Origin: Catajapyx aquilonaris
Lineage: Eukaryota
Assembly (NCBI GenBank): GCA_000934665.2
Contig: KZ539032.1
Coordinates: 1 to 35,803 of the forward strand
DNA length: 35,803 bases
Direction of reading: 5' to 3'
Program-made: the position numbers and the translations under genes
Shown here: piece by piece, positions 1-11,169 of the stretch
Numbering within the stretch: position 1 is the stretch's first letter
How the letters are laid out: each line of letters starts with the position of its first letter
The notes under the pieces: model-generated
What the model saw: the letters and a program-made list of their open reading frames with translations, nothing else
Told to the model about the DNA's origin: nothing
The model's database searches: none

Positions 1-48
1 AAAGGTCATAACTTGACATGGACTCAAACATATCTCACACTCATCGAC

Positions 49-97
49 GGGCAAATTTTTTCGTGAAAAAGGTGATCACGTTCACGTGGAATTGCCC
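49..97. repeat. Short imperfect inverted repeat, possibly a DNA-transposon terminus
   Basis: GGGCAAATTTTTTCGTGAA at 49-67 resembles the reverse complement of 81-97 (GGGCAATTCCACGTGAA). The transposon interpretation is inference. Confidence 0.3.
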
Positions 98-984
98 AGA
101 AATGGCTGCTAGTGTTGAAAAAGTTAAATGTTGTATCAATTGAATTTAGCCAGTGAGATTACGTAAACGTGATGAGTTACCTAGTTAAAAATTTTGAATC
201 AAATTTTACTGCCCGTCCCCAAATAGAAAGCTAATCAGTTATAACCGATCGAACGAGTCTCCAATTTTTCATCCGTCGTTTTTTTTGCCCCACCTTTTTA
301 AATGCCAACAATTCATCTGCCTAAATGGGCTAATTCCACACTAACATTGTTTGAACAATGCAGCGTATTCATCGAGATTAAAAAAATCCCCAGCCGCACC
401 TCTCATTGAAACGTTTTAGCCTAATAGGTGAAATTACGCGAAACAAAATGCTCATTTGCATTCCAAAGGAGGATACTGAAAAGCGTGCGGTCCATGATTT
501 TCATCTGAAATAGTAAAACCGGCCCGCGTCGCTTTTCAAACGGTTGATTAAACTAACATTATAATGACACCGTTTACTTTCAGATAATTTGCTGTCACCG
601 AAATTTTAGCAGGGGTCAATTTTGGGTGGTGGGGGGGTCCATGCCAGTGTCGCTCCAAATAATTAGCCAACCACCCTTACCCATTATTGCGGCCATTTCT
701 CGCGTTTGAATTTTGCCCCCGGCTTTTATTATACGGCACGTGACAGTCGGCGAAATGAGAATGGACTAAAAATGGACCCCCCTTCTGTAAGAATATTATA
801 GCAGCGGTTTGGACCGTGTCGATATTACGAGCTGTGCAGTACACCCGAGTAAACCGCAAATAGTTGATGACTTGTGTTAATGCCGCGTTTTAAATATTTA
901 AAATGTAATTCAACGCAGATAAGGTTTGAAAGCCGATTCGCAGAAACATTTAATAGCCTTGCGGTTGTTTTCCCCTTCTGTTAG

Positions 985-1152
985 CTTTTGATTGGCTTTT
1001 TGAAGCCTGCCTGCATGCGACGAATTTGAAGCCAGAAAAGCCGGACTCTACTGGATATATCGGCCATCAGGACCAACAACACAAAAGTAGATTGGTGGAT
1101 GTAATCCCCCAATATCCGAGCCAAAGGATGTTTCAGACACTACTCGCCAGGG
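985..1152 (+). CDS. Candidate 168-bp symmetric (phase 1) internal exon, product unknown
   Basis: A pyrimidine tract and acceptor (ttgttttccccttctgttAG) end at 984, and a GTAAGT donor is at 1153-1158. The frame is open: FDWLFEACLHATNLKPEKPDSTGYIGHQDQQHKSRLVDVIPQYPSQRMFQTLLAR. I recognise no homology, and chance occurrence is possible. Confidence 0.17.
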
Positions 1153-2976
1153 GTAAGTGACGTATTGACACAGCTCCTTTACACCAATGGGCCTTCTCGT
1201 TGGGCTGTATACAGGAAAGCAAAGGGAAGGGCGCACCTAAAGACCCAAAACTGAAAGCCTTTCCACCACCAACTTGTCAAATTCCATCCAATCTTCCCTT
1301 CCCTCCTACCCTCTCCGCCAACTCATTCCCAAATGGAATTCCCAGCAAATCCGGTCGCCATCGCTCTTTATTTCTCCTCTCTCCCTGGCAATGTTTGCTG
1401 TGGGCCCAGACTTTGTATGAAGTGCTCTTTCCCGCCACTGATGCCCGTGGAAAGTCTCAGCTGCAGACTCTAACTGTCGATATTTCCCTCCCCTTGCTCC
1501 TTCCCCCAACCTCCACCGACATGTTACCAACCGACGCTAATGATAATGGAAAAGCAAACCGCTCGTAATTTTTGCAATCCCATAAAAATTTTGACTCACC
1601 TACATGTAATGCAGGCAGCGAAGTTTAATACTAATGTGCAAAAATTGGCTGCGGTTTTCCTAGACGCGTCTTCTCTCTGAGGTTTGTGAGCCATTTTCTG
1701 CCATTGGTCAATATAACTCTTGCCTGAGACGTTTGAGCTCGAGTCTTTAATGAGTTGTACCTGCAGCTTTTTCGCGATTTTCTCGCCAGGACCAGCGGGG
1801 GGCGGGGTGGGGGCGTTTTCTCTAGACTTCTAGAGGGCAGGAGAGAGTGCTGAAATAATCCAGTAGCCTTCCCCCCACCCCTCTTAAAAGCAATTTGGGT
1901 TTCGTGTGTCAATTACCGTCGTTAATGGGACATTTCGCCTCCGACTTGCCGACATCTGCTGGGAAAGGTATTGAATCGTCGTCGTCCGGGTGTCGTTTTG
2001 CGACATCAAACGCTTCTTCTCGGCTTCCAGCAGAGCAAGGTAAGGGAGAGAGACACAAACGACGAAAACAAACGACGGTTAAAGTGGCTTCCAGTTACAC
2101 CCCCATGTAATTATGCAGGAATCTGCGGCTTTTCTTTGCCTCGCAGGGGTTTTGAGTTGGTGCGCTAATTAAGCGGAAATACAATCCACGCTCGTTTTTT
2201 TGTAGGATATATCGGAAAGGTGTCTAAGAGATGTCTCGCCATACCTGACATTCCGTCCGGCGAGTTAATGCACAATATTGACAAAATTGTGTAGGCTACT
2301 TCGAGTCTAATTTTTTCCAGCGCTCCAGGCCTTTTATGGAGTTTATGCAGGGAACCTTGAAGCCACCATCAAATATTTCTGGAAATTTTGACACAGTAAT
2401 GCAAAATTTTGCTATACGTCCATTTGCCCCATCTGCTGTAAATGCGACACTGACCATTCCCTTGTGATATTGCATTGCTGTTGGAATTTCCCAGTATGGA
2501 GTAAATTCCTTTCAGTCCTTTCAGTATAAGCTGCCGGACTACATTTGCTTCCGTTTTGTCGCAAGCAGTAACATAACGCCAATTGTAACAAAAAAATCCT
2601 GCAGCGTCCACTCAGGTGGCGAGTGATTTCCAGGCCGTCGCTGGGTACATGATTACATCTCCGCTTAAAAACACATCCCCGCAATACCATATGCTGTCCT
2701 CGGTCGTCACAAAAAAAAGTGCCACCAGCAAAAAGGCCAAGTAATAACGTAGTAACATCGGTAAAGGTGGCGATGAGACTGCTGAGATTAGATCTATCCG
2801 GCTATACATTTCGCCATCATGGCCGGTAATGACCATTTAATATATACAAATCAAATAAATGAATTTTTTGGTGCGAGTCTTTTCCATCCTGCTGGTGGGT
2901 TTTGACACCCACTTCCAGCGGTGGATACCCAGCAATTAATGGTCACAAAAGGGGTTAGTTTTTGGGGGGTAGGCCT

Positions 2977-2998
2977 CCCTCCCACCCCCCACCCCCCC
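2977..2998 (-). other. G-quadruplex-forming motif (minus strand)
   Basis: CCC-T-CCC-A-CCCCCC-A-CCCCCCC on the + strand gives four G-runs of 3 or more with 1-nt loops on the - strand. Confidence 0.5.
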
Positions 2999-3188
2999 GG
3001 GCCAGGCGTGTATTATGTACGTGCCTGTAGATGAGAAGCGGTTTGGCCGCGGGTACAAAAAAAAAGGAGAACAGCAAGGCATGTGCCCAATTATCACCCC
3101 ATTCGTGCTGAATATTACCTGTGCGTTCTGCATTCATAAAAACTCCTCCTCGTTAAGCTTTTTGAAGCCCGGCTTTGACAGAAGGAGC

Positions 3189-3220
3189 GGGGCAGGATGG
3201 GGTGGGGAGAGGGGGGGGGG
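3189..3220 (+). other. G-quadruplex-forming motif
   Basis: GGGG-caggat-GGGG-t-GGGG-aga-G10 matches the G3+N1-7 x4 pattern. Confidence 0.5.
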
Positions 3221-3386
3221 ATGGCAAGGCTGGGAAATAAGCACGTGAACATCAAACACCCTTCATTACCCCCGTGAAGGTGGCCTGGAGTATCCCAGGA
3301 TGTTGGAGGGGTCATTATCACTCTTTCCGTGAAAGAGAGCGGGCCACAGTTTTTGGAAGATTCCAAGAGAGTTCGTTCGTGTCTAA

Positions 3387-3491
3387 TTCCGGAAGTGACG
3401 TCACTTTGCAAGATGGCTGACTGTAAGATGGCAGCCGGATTCAAAATGGCGGAGTATACTCGACAGTCGTTTTTAATTGCTAAAAATGGCT
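3387..3491 (+). promoter_or_regulatory. Overlapping ETS-CRE motif followed by four YY1/Pho-like sites
   Basis: CCGGAAGTGACGTCAC at 3389-3404, CAAGATGGC at 3409, AAGATGGC at 3425, CAAAATGGCGG at 3442-3452 and AAAATGGC at 3483. Motif identities come from established consensus sequences; function is not shown. Confidence 0.4.
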
Positions 3492-4229
3492 CTTCTACGA
3501 ACTGATAACCATTTGTGGGGGGGCAGGACATGGCACCTCCCCATTTTCGCAACAAACATACACAAAAAAAATGTAGATCCGGACGACCTGCCTGGGAACC
3601 CCAGATGACTCTGTGGGCCGTGTTTCATACTGTGCACAAGTATGCAATTTTAACGTGTTTTCTGCTTTATCTTTCCCTGCATGGTTACCGTCGCGGAACG
3701 GAAAACACGGCAAAAATAAATCGGCTCGGTAACCGACAGCAGGAGCTTCCCCCACTAAAAATAAACACTTTTACTTGCATGTTACCTTCTATTTTTTTCC
3801 TCTGTGTGTGTATTCGTTGCTGGTCCTGCATTTTTGAAGAAAAAAAGTGAGAGAGGAGGGAGAGCAGTGAGTTTCATTATTGAAGAACTCAAGAGAGCCT
3901 TTCGTAAACACGCAGTTGCGAGCCTTTTAGAAGGCTTGCTCGCAGTTTCATTAAAAATTCCTGTTTGCGCCAACTTCACCTCCCCCCTCTCTCATGTGCA
4001 GTTAAAGGGAAGGGAGGGTGAATCCGTATACACTCTTCCTCTCGCAGGATATCATTTGCGTGTATTTACAGCGTCTGATTTCCAACGCCAGGCCTTTTAT
4101 CAATTAAGCTCATTACTCTCGATTAATTTTTGCCGTGGGTACGACCTTCGGCGAATTTTCCATTTTTCGCACAGTTGATCAGACACTTCTTGTGAGGCCC
4201 ATTTCAGACAACTATCAGTAAATGAGGTA

Positions 4230-4379
4230 CAGTCGGCCTCAAATTCATGCATACAGCAAATGGTAGCTTCACGAGGAATAATGCGGCATGTTTGCATTAA
4301 TAATAAGTAACTTGTAGGGAAATATTGCGAGCACACGATGAGAGTGTGGTGTCCGTAACATTTTCTTTGAGTCGGAGTG
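4230..4379. mobile_element. Tc1/mariner-type MITE, 150 bp
   Basis: TA (4228-4229) + CAGTCGGCCTCAAA ... TTTGAGTCGGAGTG + TA (4380-4381). The right end reverse complement CACTCCGACTCAAA matches the left end at 11/14. CAGT/CACT termini with a TA target duplication are typical of Tc1-like elements. Confidence 0.55.
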
Positions 4380-5568
4380 TACCACCTGCTGACACATCCC
4401 TGAAGGGCATCATCGGAAGTGGAGATTATTACCCAGAATTACAGGTCCCCAATTTTCGCATTTTCGCTTTCATATCTTGCTCCGGATAATTGTAGTAAAT
4501 GGAGAGCGAGAAAAACGAGTGGGAAAATTGAAAGGCTCGATTTGGAGCCACGCTTTATGATCTCAATTGCTTAATGACAGACTCCGATCATTTCACACCT
4601 TTTTGCCTGCCGGGCCCGCCATGTGAAGTTGGGAGACGCTCGGATTCACTCACTTAAATGAATGTTAACAGGTCCATAAAGTATATATTATGTAGCCTCT
4701 CACTCTCTTCTTCTTTTTTTTCTTCTTCTTTTTCTTGATACAAAGCCCCGGCCGTCCTCGCCAACGAAGCTGGCTGGATTTATGGGGAGCATAACTCTGC
4801 GAGCAGGACAAAGTGGAATGCTTGTGAAGCATAACCTGTTTCCAGGAGTGCAGCAGAAGGCAAGCGAACCAAGGAAGTTGCCCGATACAACGATACGGAC
4901 TTTTATTAGAAACGAGTCGAACGCTCCTCCATTTCCACATGAGTTGTTATTGGCCAGTAATTGCACCAGATGATGAAAAACTGATTACAAAACATCGCGC
5001 CGGATACGAATAGTTACAACGGAAACTTGGCAACGACACTAATTTTTCTCATCGAGTGCTGATCCTATCCTCTAAACACATTTTAAGGCCGGAATCAGCA
5101 CGAATCTGGCACAAAAGCTCGCCCATTTCCACCATGGCTCCAACAGCCCCTCTCCCACCCTCTCCATCGCTGCTGGAGCAAAATAATGGCTCGCAGATAA
5201 ATCAAAACGGAAATAAGTGTGCTGCGGCTCACTGAAACGAAACTCAGCATTTTGCGACAAAGTCTAGTGGATGAAACTCCTTTTACTCTTCCCCCCCCCC
5301 CCCCCACCCCCGATACTATCTAATTACTAGAGCAGACTGGAGGACTGCCACTGTTGCCTGGCCTCTCTCACTTCTCTCTCTCTGGTTTCCTCCTCCTCCT
5401 CTTGCACTGATGGCCAAAATTGATTAGTGGGCTCTTCCCCGGTCCTTTCAAGCAATTTCCAACAGGATTCTGCCCGGATGAGAAAGTAGAAATACACGTA
5501 GGAACCGACCGGGGGCCTTCCACATATTGCAGGGGGAATTAAATCCTCCCCACTTCTCCCTTCCCTTT

Positions 5569-5586
5569 CTCTCTCTCTCTCTCTCT
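5569..5586 (+). repeat. (CT)9 microsatellite within a pyrimidine tract
   Basis: Read directly from the sequence. Confidence 0.9.
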
Positions 5587-5730
5587 CCTCTCCCTTCCAC
5601 CTGCTGGCTGGGCCCTATGCATAATATATGGGTTCTGCTCACCAAACGAGGCCCTGATCTCCCCAGGCATTATTCATGCCGCTACACACTCGCAACTACA
5701 CTGCAAAAGCAGCCTGATGCCCATTGTTTA

Positions 5731-5910
5731 CTTCGCACAGTAGAGGCGATTTTTCGGCCTGCAATAAATCGCGGCCATTTTTAAACCGCTATTCGCAGTA
5801 GCGGTGATAACTGTTGGCCGAAATAAACCCGTGATTATCGGCCCGCTACTGCGAATAGCGGTTTAAAAATAGTAGCGATTTATTGCAGGCCGAAAATAGC
5901 CTGCGCGAAG
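5731..5910. mobile_element. Foldback/MITE element with ~70-bp inverted arms
   Basis: Arm 5729-5804 pairs with 5843-5912. Perfect blocks include ATTTTTAAACCGCTATTCGCAGTAGCGG / CCGCTACTGCGAATAGCGGTTTAAAAAT and TTTTCGGCCTGCAATAAATCGC / GCGATTTATTGCAGGCCGAAAA. TA lies at 5729-5730 and 5911-5912, and the symmetry may extend to 5722-5918 (CATTG/CAGTG). Confidence 0.8.
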
Positions 5911-6222
5911 TAGCAGTGAGCAAACTGCACTGCTTGAGATTCAGGTCCAAGCAGCCAAATCTTATTGTCTCCTAGAGTACAGGCTGCAATTATTCTCCCC
6001 GAGGTTTGCGATAGTCCCCCTGTGTTAAATGCTGGTGAAAGTTTAATCAGGAGGAAGAAGGGCTTGGCGATTAATCAGTGATGAGGCCCGCAGTTAGGGA
6101 GAAGGGGGGGCGGGTATGTTCTGTTCCTTCCAGCGCTCATCACTTGTGCTGGGTCTGCTCGGATGGCATTCCCTGCAATTACTCCAAGCTGTTTTCCTTC
6201 CCCGGACCAGCTACCACCATCA

Positions 6223-6250
6223 GGAAGGAAGGAAGGAAGGAAGGAAGGAA
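6223..6250 (+). repeat. (GGAA)7 microsatellite
   Basis: Read directly from the sequence. Confidence 0.95.
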
Positions 6251-7899
6251 GACCACTACTCTGCTGCTCTCACTGCTTTATTCGACCCGGGAGGGCCTCA
6301 CATGCCATCCAGATTTGGGCCCTTCCCAGCAGGTCTACCCCCCCCCCCTTCCCCCTTCTCTCTCACACACATTAATTAGACACCTGGGGGCACTCTGGGG
6401 GTCATCAAACACCGAGGGCAGCGCAGCCAGAAACTGCACCTACGCGCCCAGCCATTTACGTGTGCCAAGGTAAACAACGCTGACAAATATATTAGGTTAA
6501 GGATAATATACTGCGGATAAAGTACAAAGCTATTCCGCCATATACGAAATAATTATCCTCGCTATAATTATTGAAACCAGGATAAAAAGAATCACAAGCA
6601 AATATTGCTTTCAACAGGCTGCTTTTCTGCAAACTGAACAGTTCGTAACTTCAGAGTGTATAATGTAAACTGCAGATATGTTCTTTCTGTGTGTACATAA
6701 TATGATACAGTTTCCATTAATTCGCCCGCGGGAATTTTTTATAACAACGGAATTGCGCGCAAAAATGGGAGTTTGCTTGCTACAGTGCGTGCAAATATTG
6801 TTCCTTTCAATCTCGCGCTTCATGTACGGGCTACAAAAGAGCTCACGACAAAGTTTGAAAGTGTAAGACGCCCTATTTTTTTTCTTCCTCCATCAGGAAA
6901 GCATCATGCACAAACCTTCGCATCATTCCCCCCTCTTCTCTGGCTCTCCTCTCTTTTTTTCTGAGGAGAAAGAAATCCACTTTTGGCAGACAAACACATC
7001 GGCACACTTGGCCCGCGGCAAGTCATTTGAGATCAGAAAGGCAAGGGGATTAGTTTAGATCACGAGGGTTGGCTTTGCAAAGAATCGCCCCGGGGCTCAA
7101 AGTAAAGGCTCTCTCTCAGCAGCATCCGACATCAGCAGCATCCCCCCATGGACCAATCCATTCCTCCTCTTCTGGCTCTCATCACACGTGCACCTGCTCC
7201 TGATAATTGCAGTTCAAATCACCCTCTCTCTCTCTCCCCTTTCCTTTACTCAAGAGAGGTCTCCCCCCAAAAAAATAGGAGGAAGCGAGAGTTTCGGCCC
7301 ACTCATCATTTCGGCCCCCGGGCCATATCCTGCCATGGTCCTGTTTACTCGCCAGACGTTTTCTCCTGGAATAACCCAAGGAAAAGAACCTTACTCCAGC
7401 AGCATCCCTCCCAAAATTTCAATTTCTAGTTAAGCGATGACAGGGTGGGACCTCCAGGGGGTGTATTGAGAGGAGTGTTTGCACAATCACGGATGATTTT
7501 CGGATGGTGCATATCTGCCAGCCTGGTTCATTTTGATCAAAGGATTCACAGAAATTCAAACACACTTGTTGAGGAAGTTGGCTCGTTTTTTTTGAACTAC
7601 CTTGGACTAACACTGATTGTAAGGAAATATTCCGAGCAATTAATAAAGCAAGGTAATATGCAAGCCATAGCATGATCTCTTATGACTTATGGGATGAATT
7701 CTTAAACAGTTTCTATACGGGGCTGTAATTTCTCCACTATCCGAGAACACGCATTTTAGTCCTTTAAATTATTCATGTTGGACTAGAGGATGGAAAGTGA
7801 CATCGGCTCCGGAATATTCGGTTGGCACGTAATGAAAGAGAAATAGTCCCCGTGAAACATTAAGTGGAACCCACTTATGATTCATTCCAGATACCAGCC

Positions 7900-8477
7900 C
7901 CGGATTTTAGCGTTCCGGTAGGCCTCGTTTGGCGTCATTCCGGTTGAGAAACAATGTGGGAGTCTGGGTTTCTACCTGCCAGTCCCCAATATAAATAATT
8001 ACCCGAACATGAATCGGGTTTCACCTGCTGCGTGTGTATACCTGAATTATTCCGGATCCGTTTTTCCGGGGGTTGGCGCGCCCGTATTCCGGGCACGGAC
8101 TGGACTTGTGCGTTTCTTGCTCTCGCCTCAAACGCAAATGTCTCCCAGCCGGTACCGGAACAAGGCATTGTGAGTAATTTATGTGGGCGCCTGTTCCGGG
8201 GGCCCGGGTAATTCCGGATATATTTCCCGGGATGAAGGGACCGTCCAAGTCCATCAAGCAGGCCCCCTGTACCCCAGTCCCGAGGGGAATTCCCATACAC
8301 GCACAGATGCCCCGAATTATTATTATTATTATAACAAGCAAGGGGGTGTCCCATCTCTCCGATCCAGATTAGGCCAGGTAGGCCCAGGCTTTTCCGGGAC
8401 AGGGATAGGGTTTTAAACCCCCTCCGGACAACGCTCGGAATGCGTGAAACTGGCATATACGTGCTAACTCCCTCCGG
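7900..8477. repeat. CCGG-dense module A
   Basis: I count 15 CCGG tetramers in 7900-8477, nine of them in 8052-8230, mostly as TTCCGG, TCCGGA or CCCGGG. Confidence 0.5.
8316..8330 (+). repeat. (ATT)5 microsatellite
   Basis: Read directly from the sequence. Confidence 0.85.
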
Positions 8478-9959
8478 AGCCCTTCACGGTGCCCAGAGCA
8501 GGCTCCAAATGGACCCAGTCCATCACCTGCCCAATGGCCTCTCACTGCTGTGGGTTGCATTCAGACGGGGTCTAGGAAAAGAGAGCCAGGGTGCAAAACT
8601 GGCCATCTTAATCGTTGGTTGGTATATTACAAACTTTTGTTGGCTGATGAGGAGGTGTTTAAATAAAACACGATCCACTCCAGGCCCAGAGCAGGCGATG
8701 AGGGACCTGCAGAGAGAGCCCAAGCTTAATTCTTTACGAGCAATGCTCCACACCTACAACAAAAGCAAACATCGCGTTGCATTAACCTGACGCGGATGCT
8801 AGAGGAAAAAGTGTTAGCTAGAAGGAGACCGGGGAGGAAATCCGGTTATAACCGTTTGGTAGGTTGTTAGTGTTCCGGTGGTGTCAGCGTGTCTGACGCG
8901 GAGACCCCAACGGTACAGCATTTCTAATCAGGCAGAACACGCGACTATTTTTAAACCATGTTATTTTGCAGAACACCATTTGCTGCTTGGTTTTGGGCAG
9001 AAACATGGGCAGGTCAGTTTGTACTGTGCCCACCCAGGATAAACCAGCAGCACATAATTCATAATAAATGGCAGCAGCCTGGGGCCTACAGGATGTAACA
9101 TCTGCCATATTATTTTTTCAAGAATGCAAACTATTCCAGGACATATATCCTTGATTTGTTATTTTTCTCCCCCTTTTCTTTCTTTTAAAAAACAGGATCC
9201 CGTTTCAGATGGAGGGTTGGGAGGCTCTCCAGTGACGAAGCCACTCAAAAAGCCTCCAGCTAGGACCTCTTGGGCAGACACCTTGTTAGGGCCTTTGGCG
9301 CCAACCCAGAAGGCATTTCCCCCCCACACTTTTTGGGGAAGATGGGGGTCCATCTATCCCTCCCCCACCACTCTCTGGCCAGGCGCTTCTCCTGTACCCA
9401 TAAAAGAAGAGAGGGGAAAAAAAAAGAAAGAGGACATGGATGTGCATAAAAATGATGAGGTAGATGCCAGGTTTACGAGTGGTCTTGACGGCCAGGAAGA
9501 GCTTGGGCGTGTGGTCCTGTCTTACACCCTCCGCCTCTACCTCTCCACTGAGAAGAAGAAGAAAGAAGAAGAAGCAAAAAGAAGGGAAAAAAAGGTGTCT
9601 CTGGCTCGAAATAGGATTTAAACTTACTCTGGAGAAGTTTTCAGAATGAGGTGAAGAGACGGTTGGGGCAGACCAATTAGGGAGGGCCAAGAGATGTGAA
9701 GCTGCTTTTTTCTCTCTCTCTCTCCTTGTTGCTGCCTTCTTTTCCTTACCCCCTTTTTCCTCACCCTCGTCGTTCCTTCAAAGTCAGTGTAAAAGAAAGG
9801 ATCGATTCAGCTCTCGGGAGAAAAGTTAACGTTCCACCCGTGGCACTCTGTACGGTACAAAGTCTCCTTAATAGGCCGGGCCAGAATGTCAAGTGTCAAA
9901 CCGATAAATCTAAATATCGTCCAAGGAAAAGAGAGGGAAAGAAAAAATAGTTTGCGCTA

Positions 9960-10408
9960 CAGGGTGCTCCAGTTGGTTAAAAAAAGTGAGATTGTTCATT
10001 CCAGGAACCACAGGTATACATCTGAATAATATCCAACGTTAAAATTAATCGAGTATTGTACTGTAATATACACTGTGAGGGGTCTCAGATTAAAAACAAT
10101 CCACTTGGAAAAACCGGTCACGAATTGAGCAAAAAAACTGATATCTTGAAGGTTTTATGTCCATATGTTGCCGCAGTTCAGCGCAATTAATACCCAATGC
10201 ATTAAAGTGCATAATTGCTGTACGTATTTGTGTTACACACCCCCCCCCCCACACTTGGCCGTTTTCGATCTGAGACCTCTCAAGTACAATATTGTATACT
10301 GTAATATGTAATTAACTAAGTAAATAAATAAACTACACTGTTTCTGGCAGGTTTCTGACCCCATTTCCTTCTCTTAAGAGACTTAGGCCTTGGGCAATGT
10401 ACACCCTG
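9960..10408. mobile_element. Possible decayed mariner-type MITE hosting a nested element
   Basis: TA|CAGGGTG at 9958-9966 and CACCCTG|TA at 10402-10410. Only 7 terminal bases pair, so the two ends could belong to different copies. Confidence 0.3.
10071..10286. mobile_element. MITE with ~26-bp terminal inverted repeats
   Basis: Left end CACTGTGAGGGGTCTCAGATTAAAAAC (10071-10097) versus the reverse complement of 10261-10286, TACTTGAGAGGTCTCAGATCGAAAAC; the core matches at 19/22. TA precedes the left end. Confidence 0.6.
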
Positions 10409-11094
10409 TAGAATTAGTCTACAGGATGATGAGAGTGTGTCGAGGATCTATTCAAGAGGCAAGGAAAAGGTTGCTTGGCAGCGAAAGATGTGGCGTCTTT
10501 AACCCATTGATGAGACCTATTAAAAGCCATTAGCGACTTCTTTTCCTTCACTTTTTTCATTCTTTTTCACCCAGTCCCCCTCCTTTTTTCAGGAGGCTTA
10601 ATTCAATTTGCCAAGTCCGCTCTTTTCTTGAGCGAGGTATGTAAGATGGGGAAGGATTTTCCACAGAGGAGCCTTCTCTTCTTTTTTCTTTTTTTTGCAC
10701 TTGTTCAACGGACCAATAGCAAGGAGCCCAAGACGGGCACAAGTCCCGCCTAATTTCCCATTAGCGGGCTCACGGTTATGAAGAAAAAGCCACGAAAACG
10801 AGATTTCACTCTGGATTATCCGGCCAGGTCTTCTTCACGTTCCAAGGTTGCTTCCTTTTTAAAGCGGATCTTTCCGCCAATGTTCAACCCGACACCGCAA
10901 AACTTTCACACCTGGAAATACCCTCATTACCATAATAACAACCCTTCGCACTAATTCTGCATCACTCTCCGAGAGTTGTTGTTTTATATATTTTTTTTTA
11001 TCGTCCTGGTCTCTCCGCAGGTTCCAGCTGACCATCTGTGATGCGGATGAAAAAAACTTGCACGACCAACCCTTGCTTAATGGTATGGGTGCGA

Positions 11095-11169
11095 CAGGGT
11101 GTTTCTCAAATGTCGAATCCACACTCGACAACGTTACACATCCGGCAGATGCTTTTGTGTGACACCCTG
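11095..11169. mobile_element. 75-bp mariner-type micro-MITE
   Basis: CAGGGTGTTTCTCAAA ... TTTGTGTGACACCCTG; 13/16 terminal bases are complementary. The flanks GA and TG would be mutated TA duplications. Confidence 0.5.

Noticed and set aside
2612..2836. SRIDLI motif resembling the LINE endonuclease S-x-I-D motif
   Set aside because: There is no in-frame downstream SDH or upstream GDFN, and a single short motif is not enough evidence.
7935..8456. 173-aa minus-strand ORF, and the similarly long ORFs at 20236-20757 and 31515-32045
   Set aside because: No recognisable domain, overlapping ORFs on both strands, and composition driven by CCGG clusters or simple repeats; consistent with chance ORFs.
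10402..10428. ACCCTGTAGA resembling the miR-10 5' end
   Set aside because: The match ends after about 10 nt, the hairpin is too short, and the mariner TIR end CACCCTG-TA explains it.
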